DNA of 28,331 nt from Pseudomonadota bacterium (lineage in GTDB: Bacteria; Bdellovibrionota_B; Oligoflexia; Oligoflexales; RGVZ01), in contig JBEGVZ010000080.1 of assembly GCA_041178085.1 (NCBI GenBank), positions 1-28,331 of the forward strand, given 5' to 3'. The notes under the pieces were generated by a model that saw only the letters and a program-made list of their open reading frames with translations, was not told the origin of the DNA and searched no databases. The position numbers and the translations under genes are program-made. Below are positions 8,536 to 16,917 of this stretch, piece after piece. Each line of letters starts with the position of its first letter. Within the stretch, counting starts at the first letter, position 1.

Positions 8536-9398
8536 GCAAAAGCATGAAAATCTCCCTCGCTTTCAGTCCCGATACCGATGACCAGTTCATGGTCCAGGCC
8601 TTGCGCGAGCGGCGCATTGACTGGGAAGGCTACGACTTTGAATTCATCGTAGGCGACATCCAGGAGCTGAACGACGCGGCGCGCGAAGGCCGCCATGACA
8701 TCACGGCCATCAGCATGGCCGCCTATCCTGATTTGGTTGACGAATACCTGCTGATGCCCGTCGGCAGCAGCATCGGTGATGGGTTTGGCCCGGCCGTTGT
8801 CACCAGGCATGACCGGAAGGTGCCGCCGCATAGCCGTGACCTTTCAGGACTGCGCATTGCGGTGCCTGGCCTGCGCACGTCGGCATTCCTGTCTGCCCGC
8901 ACCCTGCTGGGTGATTTCACCCCCGTGCCGATGTACTTCATGGACATCGCAGATGCGGTCCTGGGCGGCCAGGTAGATGCGGGAATCCTCATCCACGAAA
9001 TGCAGATCGATTGTGAATCCAGCGGCCTGGTCAAATGGAACGACCTGGGCGCCCTCTGGCAGGAACGTTTTGCCCTGCCCTTACCGCTCGGCGGCAACGC
9101 CATCCGGCGCAGCCTGGGAGACGCGCATGTCGCCAATTTGACCCGGCTTTTCAAGAAGAGCATCGAAGTGGGACTTGCCGACCGCCAGCAAACCCTGCGT
9201 GGTGCAATATCCACAGCAAAAGCCAAGCTCGACGAGCAGCTGGGTGACCGCTACATTTCCATGTACGTCAATCACAGGAGCCTTGAGTTCCAGGATGACG
9301 TGCTTGAATCCTTGCAACAGCTGCTTGGAGAAGGCAGCCGTATGGGGCTTTACCCGGCCCTGGATGTGCGCAACCATGTCGTGACAGGAGAATGCTGA
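8532..9398 (+). CDS. mqnD: 1,4-dihydroxy-6-naphthoate synthase (MqnA/MqnD family, MqnD type)
   Basis: ATG 8532 overlaps the mvk stop (ATGA). FSPDTDDQFM, DIQELN, AISMAAYP, GFGP, IAVPG..TSA, LIHE, PLPLGG, YISMYVN. Confidence 0.85.
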   Translation: MSKSMKISLAFSPDTDDQFMVQALRERRIDWEGYDFEFIVGDIQELNDAAREGRHDITAISMAAYPDLVDEYLLMPVGSSIGDGFGPAVVTRHDRKVPPHSRDLSGLRIAVPGLRTSAFLSARTLLGDFTPVPMYFMDIADAVLGGQVDAGILIHEMQIDCESSGLVKWNDLGALWQERFALPLPLGGNAIRRSLGDAHVANLTRLFKKSIEVGLADRQQTLRGAISTAKAKLDEQLGDRYISMYVNHRSLEFQDDVLESLQQLLGEGSRMGLYPALDVRNHVVTGEC

Positions 9399-11419
9399 TG
9401 GACCGCATGCGCGAGATTGAACACAAGGTCGAGAACCGGATCCGCCTTGATGAATCCGACGCCCAGTTCCTGTTCGAATCGCCGGACCTGATGCGCATTG
9501 GTGCTCTGGCCGACCGCGTCAACCGCCGCAAAAACGACGATCGCATCTTCTTCAACATCAATCGCCACATCAACCCGACCAATATCTGCGCCCTTTCGTG
9601 CAAGTTCTGCGCTTTCTCGCGCAAGCCAGGCGAGGAAGGTGGCTATGCGTACGAAATCCCCGAAATGGTCGAAAAAGCCCGTGCCGCTGTTACCCAGGGC
9701 GCTACTGAACTGCACATGGTGGGTGGACTGCATCCACGCTGGCCGTTCAATCGTTACCTTGACATGATCGCCACGCTGCACCGCGAATTCCCGGGCGTGC
9801 ACCTGAAGGCCTTCACCGCCGTCGAACTGGACTGGATGGCCCGCAAGGAGCGCCGTACCATTGCTGAAATCATGGCTGACCTGAAGGAAGCTGGACTGGG
9901 ATCACTGCCGGGTGGCGGCGCTGAAATTTTCCATCCGGAAATTCGCGATCAGATTTGTGACACCAAAGTGAGTGCGGAACAGTGGATCGAAACCCATCGC
10001 ACGGCGCACAAAATGGGACTGCGTTCCAACTGCACGATGTTGTATGGACACATCGAACGATTTGAACACCGTGTCGATCACATGCGCCGCCTGCGTGACT
10101 TGCAGGACGAAACAGGCGGCTTCAACGTGTTCATTCCACTTGCTTTCCAGCCCTACCAGAACGACATGGGCATCGGCCGCTACACGTTTGGCTATGACGA
10201 CTTGAAAACCATCGCCGTATCCCGCCTCTACCTGGACAACTTTGCCAACATCAAAGCCTACTGGGTCATGATGGGTCAGGACGTGGCGCAGCTCGGTCTC
10301 AACTTCGGCGCGAACGACTTTGACGGCACAGTGACCGAAGAGAAAATATCCCGCATGGCCGGCGGCCGTGCAGGGATGGTCATGACCAGGGACGACCTTG
10401 AGCAATTGATCCTGCGCGCAGGACGCACGCCGGTTGAGCGCGACACACTCTACCGCCCAATCGACCTCGAACAGTCGCTGGCACGCGCCACCGCGATGCG
10501 CGCGCAAGAAGGCAATGTCGGCCCGACGGTGCTTCCCGCCAGCAAGGCCACCAGCCTCAGCTTCACCACTGGCAAGCGCCTGACGCTGGACGAACTGCGG
10601 ACGAAATATAAAAATCCGCAGGCATCAGAAAACGGCGAAGTCGTCGCGCAGGCTGCCTTGCTGGTCAACCTTGACCCGTGCAATGGCATCGATGCGAAAA
10701 GTGAATTGCCGGTGTGGCAAGAAATCCTTGCTGTGCTTTCTTCGGCGCAAATACCAGCCGGAACCCATTTGCACCTCGCCGGCCTGACGACCCTTGCCAA
10801 TGCGATGGACGATGCGGGCATCAGCCTTGCCACGGGCTTTCAAGCGCTCCTGGAACGTGGTGTGACGGCGATCGAGGAGACTTCGCTGGATTCCACCAAC
10901 CGTGACATCCGGACACTGCACAAGGCCGCCCACGCTGCGGATATCCGCACGGCAGGCCGTGTCGTCCTGCGGGCCAACGGCAAACGGCCGGACTGGAAAG
11001 ACTTTGATGCCCAGCTCAAAGAAATCAGCGAAGGCATGCGCCCATTGGGCATGACTGCGGTTCGGCTGGAGACCATCCCATCTGCGGTCATCACCGCACA
11101 CGAATACATGCAGGCCCTGCAAAAATTGCGTTCTGCTGCAGGCACAAGCGCCACTTTGATAGCTCCGGTCATGGATCACGTGCCCACTTTGGCTCCGGCC
11201 ATGGGACTTGGCAGTGACGGAACCCAGCACCCGGCGCAGAAGCTCATCCCGCTGCTTGCGGATCATGGTGCTGATGACCTTGGCATCGTCGACCCAGACA
11301 AGATCAAGATCACGCGCCTGATCGAGGATATCCGCAGTGCCGGCCTCTCGGCTGCCAACTGCCAGTCCCTCGCAACGCTTGACCTGCGCCACAAACCGGC
11401 GGACCGGATGGTTCACTAA
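9392..11419 (+). CDS. mqnE: Aminofutalosine synthase MqnE (radical SAM, CofH-like) fused to a ~320-aa degenerate radical-SAM-like domain
   Basis: NRHINPTNICALSCKFCAF (CxxxCxxC), ELHMVGGLHP, HLKAFTAVE, SLPGGGAEIF, TMLYGHIE, IKAYWVM, FGAND.DGTV.EEKI, PVERDTLY. The core ends at aa ~354 of 675. The start could be 9398. Confidence 0.88.
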   Translation: MLMDRMREIEHKVENRIRLDESDAQFLFESPDLMRIGALADRVNRRKNDDRIFFNINRHINPTNICALSCKFCAFSRKPGEEGGYAYEIPEMVEKARAAVTQGATELHMVGGLHPRWPFNRYLDMIATLHREFPGVHLKAFTAVELDWMARKERRTIAEIMADLKEAGLGSLPGGGAEIFHPEIRDQICDTKVSAEQWIETHRTAHKMGLRSNCTMLYGHIERFEHRVDHMRRLRDLQDETGGFNVFIPLAFQPYQNDMGIGRYTFGYDDLKTIAVSRLYLDNFANIKAYWVMMGQDVAQLGLNFGANDFDGTVTEEKISRMAGGRAGMVMTRDDLEQLILRAGRTPVERDTLYRPIDLEQSLARATAMRAQEGNVGPTVLPASKATSLSFTTGKRLTLDELRTKYKNPQASENGEVVAQAALLVNLDPCNGIDAKSELPVWQEILAVLSSAQIPAGTHLHLAGLTTLANAMDDAGISLATGFQALLERGVTAIEETSLDSTNRDIRTLHKAAHAADIRTAGRVVLRANGKRPDWKDFDAQLKEISEGMRPLGMTAVRLETIPSAVITAHEYMQALQKLRSAAGTSATLIAPVMDHVPTLAPAMGLGSDGTQHPAQKLIPLLADHGADDLGIVDPDKIKITRLIEDIRSAGLSAANCQSLATLDLRHKPADRMVH

Positions 11420-11517
11420 ATCACGGTCCTTGATTTTGCCGTGGGGGCGGGTCATCATTCAAAAGCACCCGCGTGTGGTGACTGCTCAAATTTTCATCAC
11501 AAAGGAACCGGAAAGTC

Positions 11518-11757
11518 ATGGAAGCCGACAATCCGTTTCAAGCAGATTCAGGTCGAATCCAGCGTTTTGATTTCATTGACGGGAATCTCGAGCTGGCGCA
11601 AGCAGCAAGCCGGATGGCGATCCTGGCCGCAGTTGCTGGCTTTTTTGGCGGTATCTTGCTGACTGCTTTGATCCTTTCTGGGATTGTGGATGTCGACAGG
11701 GCCACGATCAAGGCGATCCTTTCGGTATTCCGATCATCCGGTGGTACCGGCGCCTGA
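11518..11757 (+). CDS. Small hypothetical membrane protein (79 aa)
   Basis: AAAGGA/GGAAAG upstream of the ATG; one long hydrophobic stretch, MAILAAVAGFFGGILLTALILSGIV; fills the mqnE-DedA gap. Confidence 0.55.
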   Translation: MEADNPFQADSGRIQRFDFIDGNLELAQAASRMAILAAVAGFFGGILLTALILSGIVDVDRATIKAILSVFRSSGGTGA

Positions 11758-11795
11758 GATTTCCCGAACGAAGACCGTGACCAGGGAAGATGTGC

Positions 11796-12440
11796 ATGCG
11801 GGTATTGCTGGACTTGCTGGAATTCTTGACGCCCTACGGCACGCACAGCCTGGTGGTGATCTTTGCCATTCTGCTGGCCTGCGGCTTTGGCCTGCCGATG
11901 CCAGAAGACATCATTCTGATCTCGGCCGGGATCCTGGCTTCGCACAACGTCTTTGACCAGACTTCCGCCCACATTGTCTGTTTTGCCGGCGTGATGATTG
12001 GCGATGGCATCATTTACACGATGGGATTGAAACTCGGCCCGCAGCTCAAGCGTCGCCGCCCATTCAACAAAATTCTCACCCCGGAGCGTGATGCCAAGGT
12101 TACGGAAGTATTCCGAAAGTATGGCACCAAAGTCATCTTCATGGCGCGCTTCATGCCGGGATTGCGCATGCCGATCTTCCTGACTTCCGGTATTTTTCAA
12201 GTCAAATGGTGGGTGTTTCTTGCACTGGACGGGATCGCCGCACTGATTTCGGTCCCGCTTTGGGTTCACCTGGGATACATCTTCGGGGCGGAGCTTGAGA
12301 CGCTGGAGAAAATGACCCGTCGCTTCCAAGTCGGCATTTACTCGATTCTTGCCCTGGTCATAGCTGCTTTTCTGATTATCTTGTGGCTGCGTCACCGGAA
12401 AAACAAAGCCGCTGAAGTGCAACCAATCCACGACAAGTAA
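11796..12440 (+). CDS. DedA family membrane protein
   Basis: GFGLPMPEDIILISAG, GVMIGDGIIY, ARFMPGLRMPIFLTSG, F..LDGIAA. Start 11796 chosen on RBS spacing; 11790 is the alternative. Confidence 0.92.
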   Translation: MRVLLDLLEFLTPYGTHSLVVIFAILLACGFGLPMPEDIILISAGILASHNVFDQTSAHIVCFAGVMIGDGIIYTMGLKLGPQLKRRRPFNKILTPERDAKVTEVFRKYGTKVIFMARFMPGLRMPIFLTSGIFQVKWWVFLALDGIAALISVPLWVHLGYIFGAELETLEKMTRRFQVGIYSILALVIAAFLIILWLRHRKNKAAEVQPIHDK

Positions 12441-12460
12441 AGCGGGGCCAGTGCCTCAGC

Positions 12461-13225
12461 TCAATCGGCTTCAACCACGCCTGTATCGACGCGCACTTCT
12501 TCTTCCGTATGCTTGCGGGTAGACGTCTTGTAGACATCCGCCGCCAGGAAGGCGCGCTCCTCTGCCAACTCGTCTTCAAGGATCGATTTGGCCCAGACGC
12601 GGGCCTCCGGATTCCAACGGTATCCATGTGTACGAAGCACATCCTTGGTCTCGAAGGGAGCTCCTGTCGCTGAAATGAGGTACTCCCGCAAGTAGCTGCG
12701 ACGGATCAGCTCATCCAGGTAGGGCGTTACCAGGCGGAAGGTGGTGGCGCAGTCGAACAGGGCGCGATGGGCAAACGGATTCACAAATCCGTGATCTGCC
12801 GCCAGGTAATTCAGGGCCCGGGTCTTGAATCCGTGCTTGAGCCAGTTGATATGCCGGATGGAGCATGCCCAGTGCAGTTTGAGCCCGGCGAGTTCCGGGC
12901 GCGCTTCCAGAAAGGCCCGGTCAAACGGTGCATTATGGGCGACGACCACCGTCGCCCGCGAGAGCATTGCACGGACTTGCTCCCAGTCAACTTTGCGCCC
13001 CGCCAACACCTCATCTGAGAGACCAGTCAGCTTGGCAATCTCTGGCGAGAGCGGCCTTCCCGGATCTTCAAGGCCGGAGTACGTACCGACCAGGTACACC
13101 CTGGGTTTTGCTTCACCTTCGCCGGCAGTGCCCACGGCAAATTCCACAATCCCTACTTCAACTATGCGATCTGACTTGGGATCCACCCCGGTCGTTTCAA
13201 GATCGACAATCACGCCGTGGTCCAT
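12461..13225 (-). CDS. DEDDh 3'-5' exonuclease (DNA polymerase III epsilon-like) with a short C-terminal domain
   Basis: ExoI VDLETTG, ExoII AHNAPFD, ExoIII HRALFDC; C-terminal PFETKDVLRTHGYRWN..W segment. Confidence 0.88.
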   Translation of the reverse strand: MDHGVIVDLETTGVDPKSDRIVEVGIVEFAVGTAGEGEAKPRVYLVGTYSGLEDPGRPLSPEIAKLTGLSDEVLAGRKVDWEQVRAMLSRATVVVAHNAPFDRAFLEARPELAGLKLHWACSIRHINWLKHGFKTRALNYLAADHGFVNPFAHRALFDCATTFRLVTPYLDELIRRSYLREYLISATGAPFETKDVLRTHGYRWNPEARVWAKSILEDELAEERAFLAADVYKTSTRKHTEEEVRVDTGVVEAD

Positions 13226-13264
13226 AAAGTCTCCAAAAAAAATCTGCCCGGGGCGCCCGTCCCC

Positions 13265-13294
13265 CTGACGCTGGCCGCCCGTACGGGTTACAAT
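13265..13294 (+). promoter_or_regulatory. Candidate sigma70 promoter for the HD-GYP gene
   Basis: CTGACG-N18-TACAAT in the divergent intergenic region. Confidence 0.35.
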
Positions 13295-13342
13295 GAAAGG
13301 GCTTCCACTTCACATTCACAAAGCTTCTGACAGGATGAGCCC

Positions 13343-15481
13343 ATGGCTGTACGAAACCTGCCGCCGTCCACCAGCGCCTTGAAACTCTCCAGGAACCAAG
13401 ATCCGCTGCTGGAAACTGCCGAGCAGATTATCGCTTTCATCAGCCAAGATGAAGCTTTTAACGGCCTGAAAACGACGATTCTCCGGGACAATGTGACCCT
13501 GCTCGCCCAGGACGAACTTCGGGTCATGGTCGTGCCCCCAGCAGTGTGGAGCGATAAAAGCGTCATGGCGCGGATTGAAGCCCACCCGGACGCTTTTGTG
13601 GTCATGCTGTCGAACGATGAAAACGACCACGATCAGCTGGAAGGCATCCTGTCCGCGCCATCGGCCCTGCCAGGCTGGATGGCCACGGCAGCAGTCCACT
13701 CCTTGCACTTGCCCGCCACGACCGCATCCTGCCGGTCGGTATTTACTGGCATCCAGCGTTTCCACAACGTCGTCCTGAAAACGCGCCACGACCGCGATGA
13801 ACATCGCCTTGACGCTGAAAACGTAAAATACATCATGTCGATTTCGCGAGAACTGAACGGCGAGCGCGACATCCCGCGTCTGCTCAATCTGATTTTGCTG
13901 AAGGCCCGCGAAGTAACAGGCGCGGACGCAGGTTCCATTTACACCATTGAAACGGCTGCAACCCTTACCACCAGTCCGACGAAAGGCGCGGTCAACGCGG
14001 CTCAGGGGAATATCGAAAGCCTCAAGGGCGGGAACCGCAAACCGCAGGACGACCAACTTCACTTTCGTTTCACGCAAAATCACTCCGTCAAACAAAACCT
14101 GAGTGAGTTCAAACTGCCGATCAACCGCAACTCGATCGTCGGCAATGTCGTCCTGAACCAGACGACGATCAACATCCCGGACCTCTACCTGCTTTCCGAG
14201 GATCCAGCACAAAACCCGTTCAACATCCGCCATGACAAATCATGGGACAAGCGGATCGGCTATCAGTCGCGCTCGATGCTGACCCTGCCGATGTTCGATA
14301 TTTCCCACCAGGTGATCGGCGTCATCCAGTTGATCAACTGCAAGCGCGATCCGGCGCAGCGTCTGTTAACCCCTGAGGACTTCGAAAAGTACGTCACACC
14401 GTTCGATGAGCGCGCCGTCCAGTACGTCGAAATCGTAGCCCAGCAGGCAGGGATCGCCCTGGAAAATGCAAGGATGACCGAGGAAATCCAGACCCTTTTC
14501 GATGGCCTCGTGGAAGCCTCAGTGACGGCGATCGAACAACGGGACCCGACCACCAGCGGTCATAGCCACCGGGTGGCTGCGCTCACCACTGAACTTGCTC
14601 GCGTGGTGGACCGCAATACGGCCGGGCATTATGGCAATATCAACTTCAACGAGGACGAGATGCGTGAGATCCGTTACGCGTCACTCCTGCATGACTTTGG
14701 CAAGTTGGGTGTACGCGAAGCGGTCTTGGTCAAAGCCAAGAAGCTATTTCCCCAGGATCTTGAGCTGATCCTTGAACGCTTCAACCTGGTCCGCGCCAGC
14801 TACGAGATTGACTATCTGCGAGGACTGCTGAACCTGATGCAACGTCCGGACCTTGCCGCCCTTGGCGTGAGCGGCGAACAGCTCCTCGAAGATCGCAACA
14901 ACCGTTTCCGCATGCTGGACGAGTTCATTGGTTTCATCATGCGCGCCAACGAACCCACGGTCCTCGAACAAGGTGGATTTGACCGTCTGAAGGACATTGC
15001 CAACCTCCGTTTCAAGGACATCAATGAGCATGAGCGCCAGCTACTGAAAGACCAGGAACTGAAAGCTCTGTCCGTTTCGCGGGGTTCCCTGACGAGCGAA
15101 GAGTACGCCGAAATCCAAAGCCACGTGGTCCACACCTACGACTTCCTGCGCAAAATCCCATGGGGCAAGAAACTTGCACATGTCCCCCAGATCGCTGCCA
15201 AGCACCATGAAAAGCTGGATGGCAGCGGATACCCGACCAGCGCAATGGCAGAGGAAATTCCGATCCAATCGCGGATGATGACCATCGCCGATATATACGA
15301 CGCCCTTTCCGCGTCGGACCGTCCATACAAGCGCTCACTGCCCCCCGAAAAAGCTATCGAAATCCTCGAGATGGAGGTTCGCGGCGGCAAGATCGACCAG
15401 GAGCTCTTCCGTCTTTTTGTCGAGTCGAAGGCATACCTGGTCGTACAGACTGGTACGCCAGGCGGTCCGAAGAGGGGCTGA
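13343..15481 (+). CDS. GAF + HD-GYP cyclic-dinucleotide phosphodiesterase
   Basis: GAF: ADAGSIY..SIVGNV..NIPDLY..SRSMLTLPM..IGVIQLIN..AGIALEN. HD-GYP: RDPTTSGHSHRV, LLHDFGK, HHEKLDGSGYP, IADIYDAL, DRPYK. Confidence 0.92.
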   Translation: MAVRNLPPSTSALKLSRNQDPLLETAEQIIAFISQDEAFNGLKTTILRDNVTLLAQDELRVMVVPPAVWSDKSVMARIEAHPDAFVVMLSNDENDHDQLEGILSAPSALPGWMATAAVHSLHLPATTASCRSVFTGIQRFHNVVLKTRHDRDEHRLDAENVKYIMSISRELNGERDIPRLLNLILLKAREVTGADAGSIYTIETAATLTTSPTKGAVNAAQGNIESLKGGNRKPQDDQLHFRFTQNHSVKQNLSEFKLPINRNSIVGNVVLNQTTINIPDLYLLSEDPAQNPFNIRHDKSWDKRIGYQSRSMLTLPMFDISHQVIGVIQLINCKRDPAQRLLTPEDFEKYVTPFDERAVQYVEIVAQQAGIALENARMTEEIQTLFDGLVEASVTAIEQRDPTTSGHSHRVAALTTELARVVDRNTAGHYGNINFNEDEMREIRYASLLHDFGKLGVREAVLVKAKKLFPQDLELILERFNLVRASYEIDYLRGLLNLMQRPDLAALGVSGEQLLEDRNNRFRMLDEFIGFIMRANEPTVLEQGGFDRLKDIANLRFKDINEHERQLLKDQELKALSVSRGSLTSEEYAEIQSHVVHTYDFLRKIPWGKKLAHVPQIAAKHHEKLDGSGYPTSAMAEEIPIQSRMMTIADIYDALSASDRPYKRSLPPEKAIEILEMEVRGGKIDQELFRLFVESKAYLVVQTGTPGGPKRG

Positions 15482-15484
15482 GCA

Positions 15485-16090
15485 ATGGCCAGCCGCTCGC
15501 CACTATCGCCGCAGCTGCTGATTTATGCCTACTCCAACGGCTATTTCCCGATGCCCGACCCAGCCACTGGACAGGTTGGCTGGTTCCGTCCCGATCCACG
15601 TGCAATCTTGCCTCTCGATCAATTCCACGTGTCCCGATCACTGCGCCGCCAGTTGAACGAAGCAGCCCGGACCCTTCGCGTGACCGTTGACCAGGCCTTC
15701 AAGCAAGTGATGGAAGCTTGTGCCGACCGCGATTCGACGTGGATCAGCGGAGAATTCATCAAATCCTACACCGAGCTGCACCAGCGCGGATATGCCCACT
15801 CCATCGAAGTGTGGGACGGTAACGAAACCCTGGTCGGGGGAGTCTACGGCGTTGCGGTGAGTGGCGCCTTTTTTGCGGAAAGCATGTTCCACCGGCGGAC
15901 GGGCGCATCCAAGGTTGCCCTCCATCACCTGGTCGAACACATGAGATCCCGCGGAATGGAACTTCTAGAAATCCAGTTCATGACGCCGCACCTGAAATCG
16001 CTGGGAGCGGTAGAAATTTCTGATGACAGCTACATGCAGCTATTGCAGAAGGCGCTCGATTCGAAATCCAGGTTCACGGCAACACCTTGA
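15485..16090 (+). CDS. aat: Leucyl/phenylalanyl-tRNA--protein transferase
   Basis: AYSNGYFPM, WFRPDPRAI, HVSRSL, TWI, AHSIEVW, LVGGVYGV, FFAESMF, ASKVAL, HLKSLGA. Confidence 0.95.
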   Translation: MASRSPLSPQLLIYAYSNGYFPMPDPATGQVGWFRPDPRAILPLDQFHVSRSLRRQLNEAARTLRVTVDQAFKQVMEACADRDSTWISGEFIKSYTELHQRGYAHSIEVWDGNETLVGGVYGVAVSGAFFAESMFHRRTGASKVALHHLVEHMRSRGMELLEIQFMTPHLKSLGAVEISDDSYMQLLQKALDSKSRFTATP

Positions 16091-16102
16091 GGAGACCCGG
16101 CG

Positions 16103-16582
16103 ATGCAATTCACCATTCCCCCGTGGAAGGCTACCATGTTCATTCGGGCCTTTGGGCTCTTCAAGGTGCCGCTGATCTGGTACGTGCGCCCAAAGGTTCT
16201 GGAACTGAATGAAGAGCGCGTGGTGGTCAAGATTCCGTTGCGCTGGCGAACCAAGAACCATTTGAATTCGATGTATTTCGGGACTCTCGCCATAGGTGCG
16301 GACATCGCAGGCGGAATGTTGGCGATCATGATGGTGCGCCAGGCCGGAAAAGATGTTTCATTCGTCTTCAAAGACATCAAAGGTGAATTCCTGAAGCGAC
16401 CCGAAGCAGACACCTTGTTCACTTGCACCGACGGACCCGCAATCCGGACGCTGGTTGACCGGGCCATCAACTCCCCTGAACGCCAAAACGAGACCGTCAA
16501 TATCGTTGCTACCTGCCCGGAAAAATCGGGGGATGAGCCGGTGGCTCGATTTCAGCTGACGCTATCACTGAAAAGAAAGTGA
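16103..16582 (+). CDS. Hotdog-fold thioesterase-like protein (DUF4442/PaaI-like)
   Basis: GGAG RBS; KIPLRWRTKNHLNSMYFG.L..GAD..GG and FLKR motifs. Confidence 0.8.
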   Translation: MQFTIPPWKATMFIRAFGLFKVPLIWYVRPKVLELNEERVVVKIPLRWRTKNHLNSMYFGTLAIGADIAGGMLAIMMVRQAGKDVSFVFKDIKGEFLKRPEADTLFTCTDGPAIRTLVDRAINSPERQNETVNIVATCPEKSGDEPVARFQLTLSLKRK

Positions 16583-16917
16583 GAAAAACCGAGTCCGCGT
16601 GGAAAAAGCCACTCCTTGAGTCAGCTTGCAAGCACATAGCGAAGGGTAGCGCGAGGCACGGATTAGCGATTACTGAAGGTCCGATCGCGGCACTATCACA
16701 ATCTGCTGTGACTTTGTCTTACAGTGTCGACGGCAACGTCCAATTTATTGCCAACGGATCAAGATAAGACTGCCTGCTATAAATACCGCCGTTTTCCCCT
16801 GAAATCGGGGCAATGCTGCGTCCACATGGGCAGCGGGAAAGAATGGCCCCCTCCGGGGACTACTTACCAAAGCATTCGATCGTTGGTTATTCGAGTAAAC
16901 TGCGATATTTTTCCCCC

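Noticed and set aside
9392..11419. F420 biosynthesis FbiC (CofG-CofH fusion)
   Set aside because: Only one CxxxCxxC motif; MqnE-type IKAYWVM and LHP motifs; adjacent to mqnD; no cof genes nearby.
16583..16917. Riboswitch, sRNA or small ORFs (16579..16767, 16724..16921) upstream of the BCCT gene
   Set aside because: Only short hairpins such as GCTGC..GCAGC; no recognisable aptamer or protein motif. An Rfam scan would be needed.
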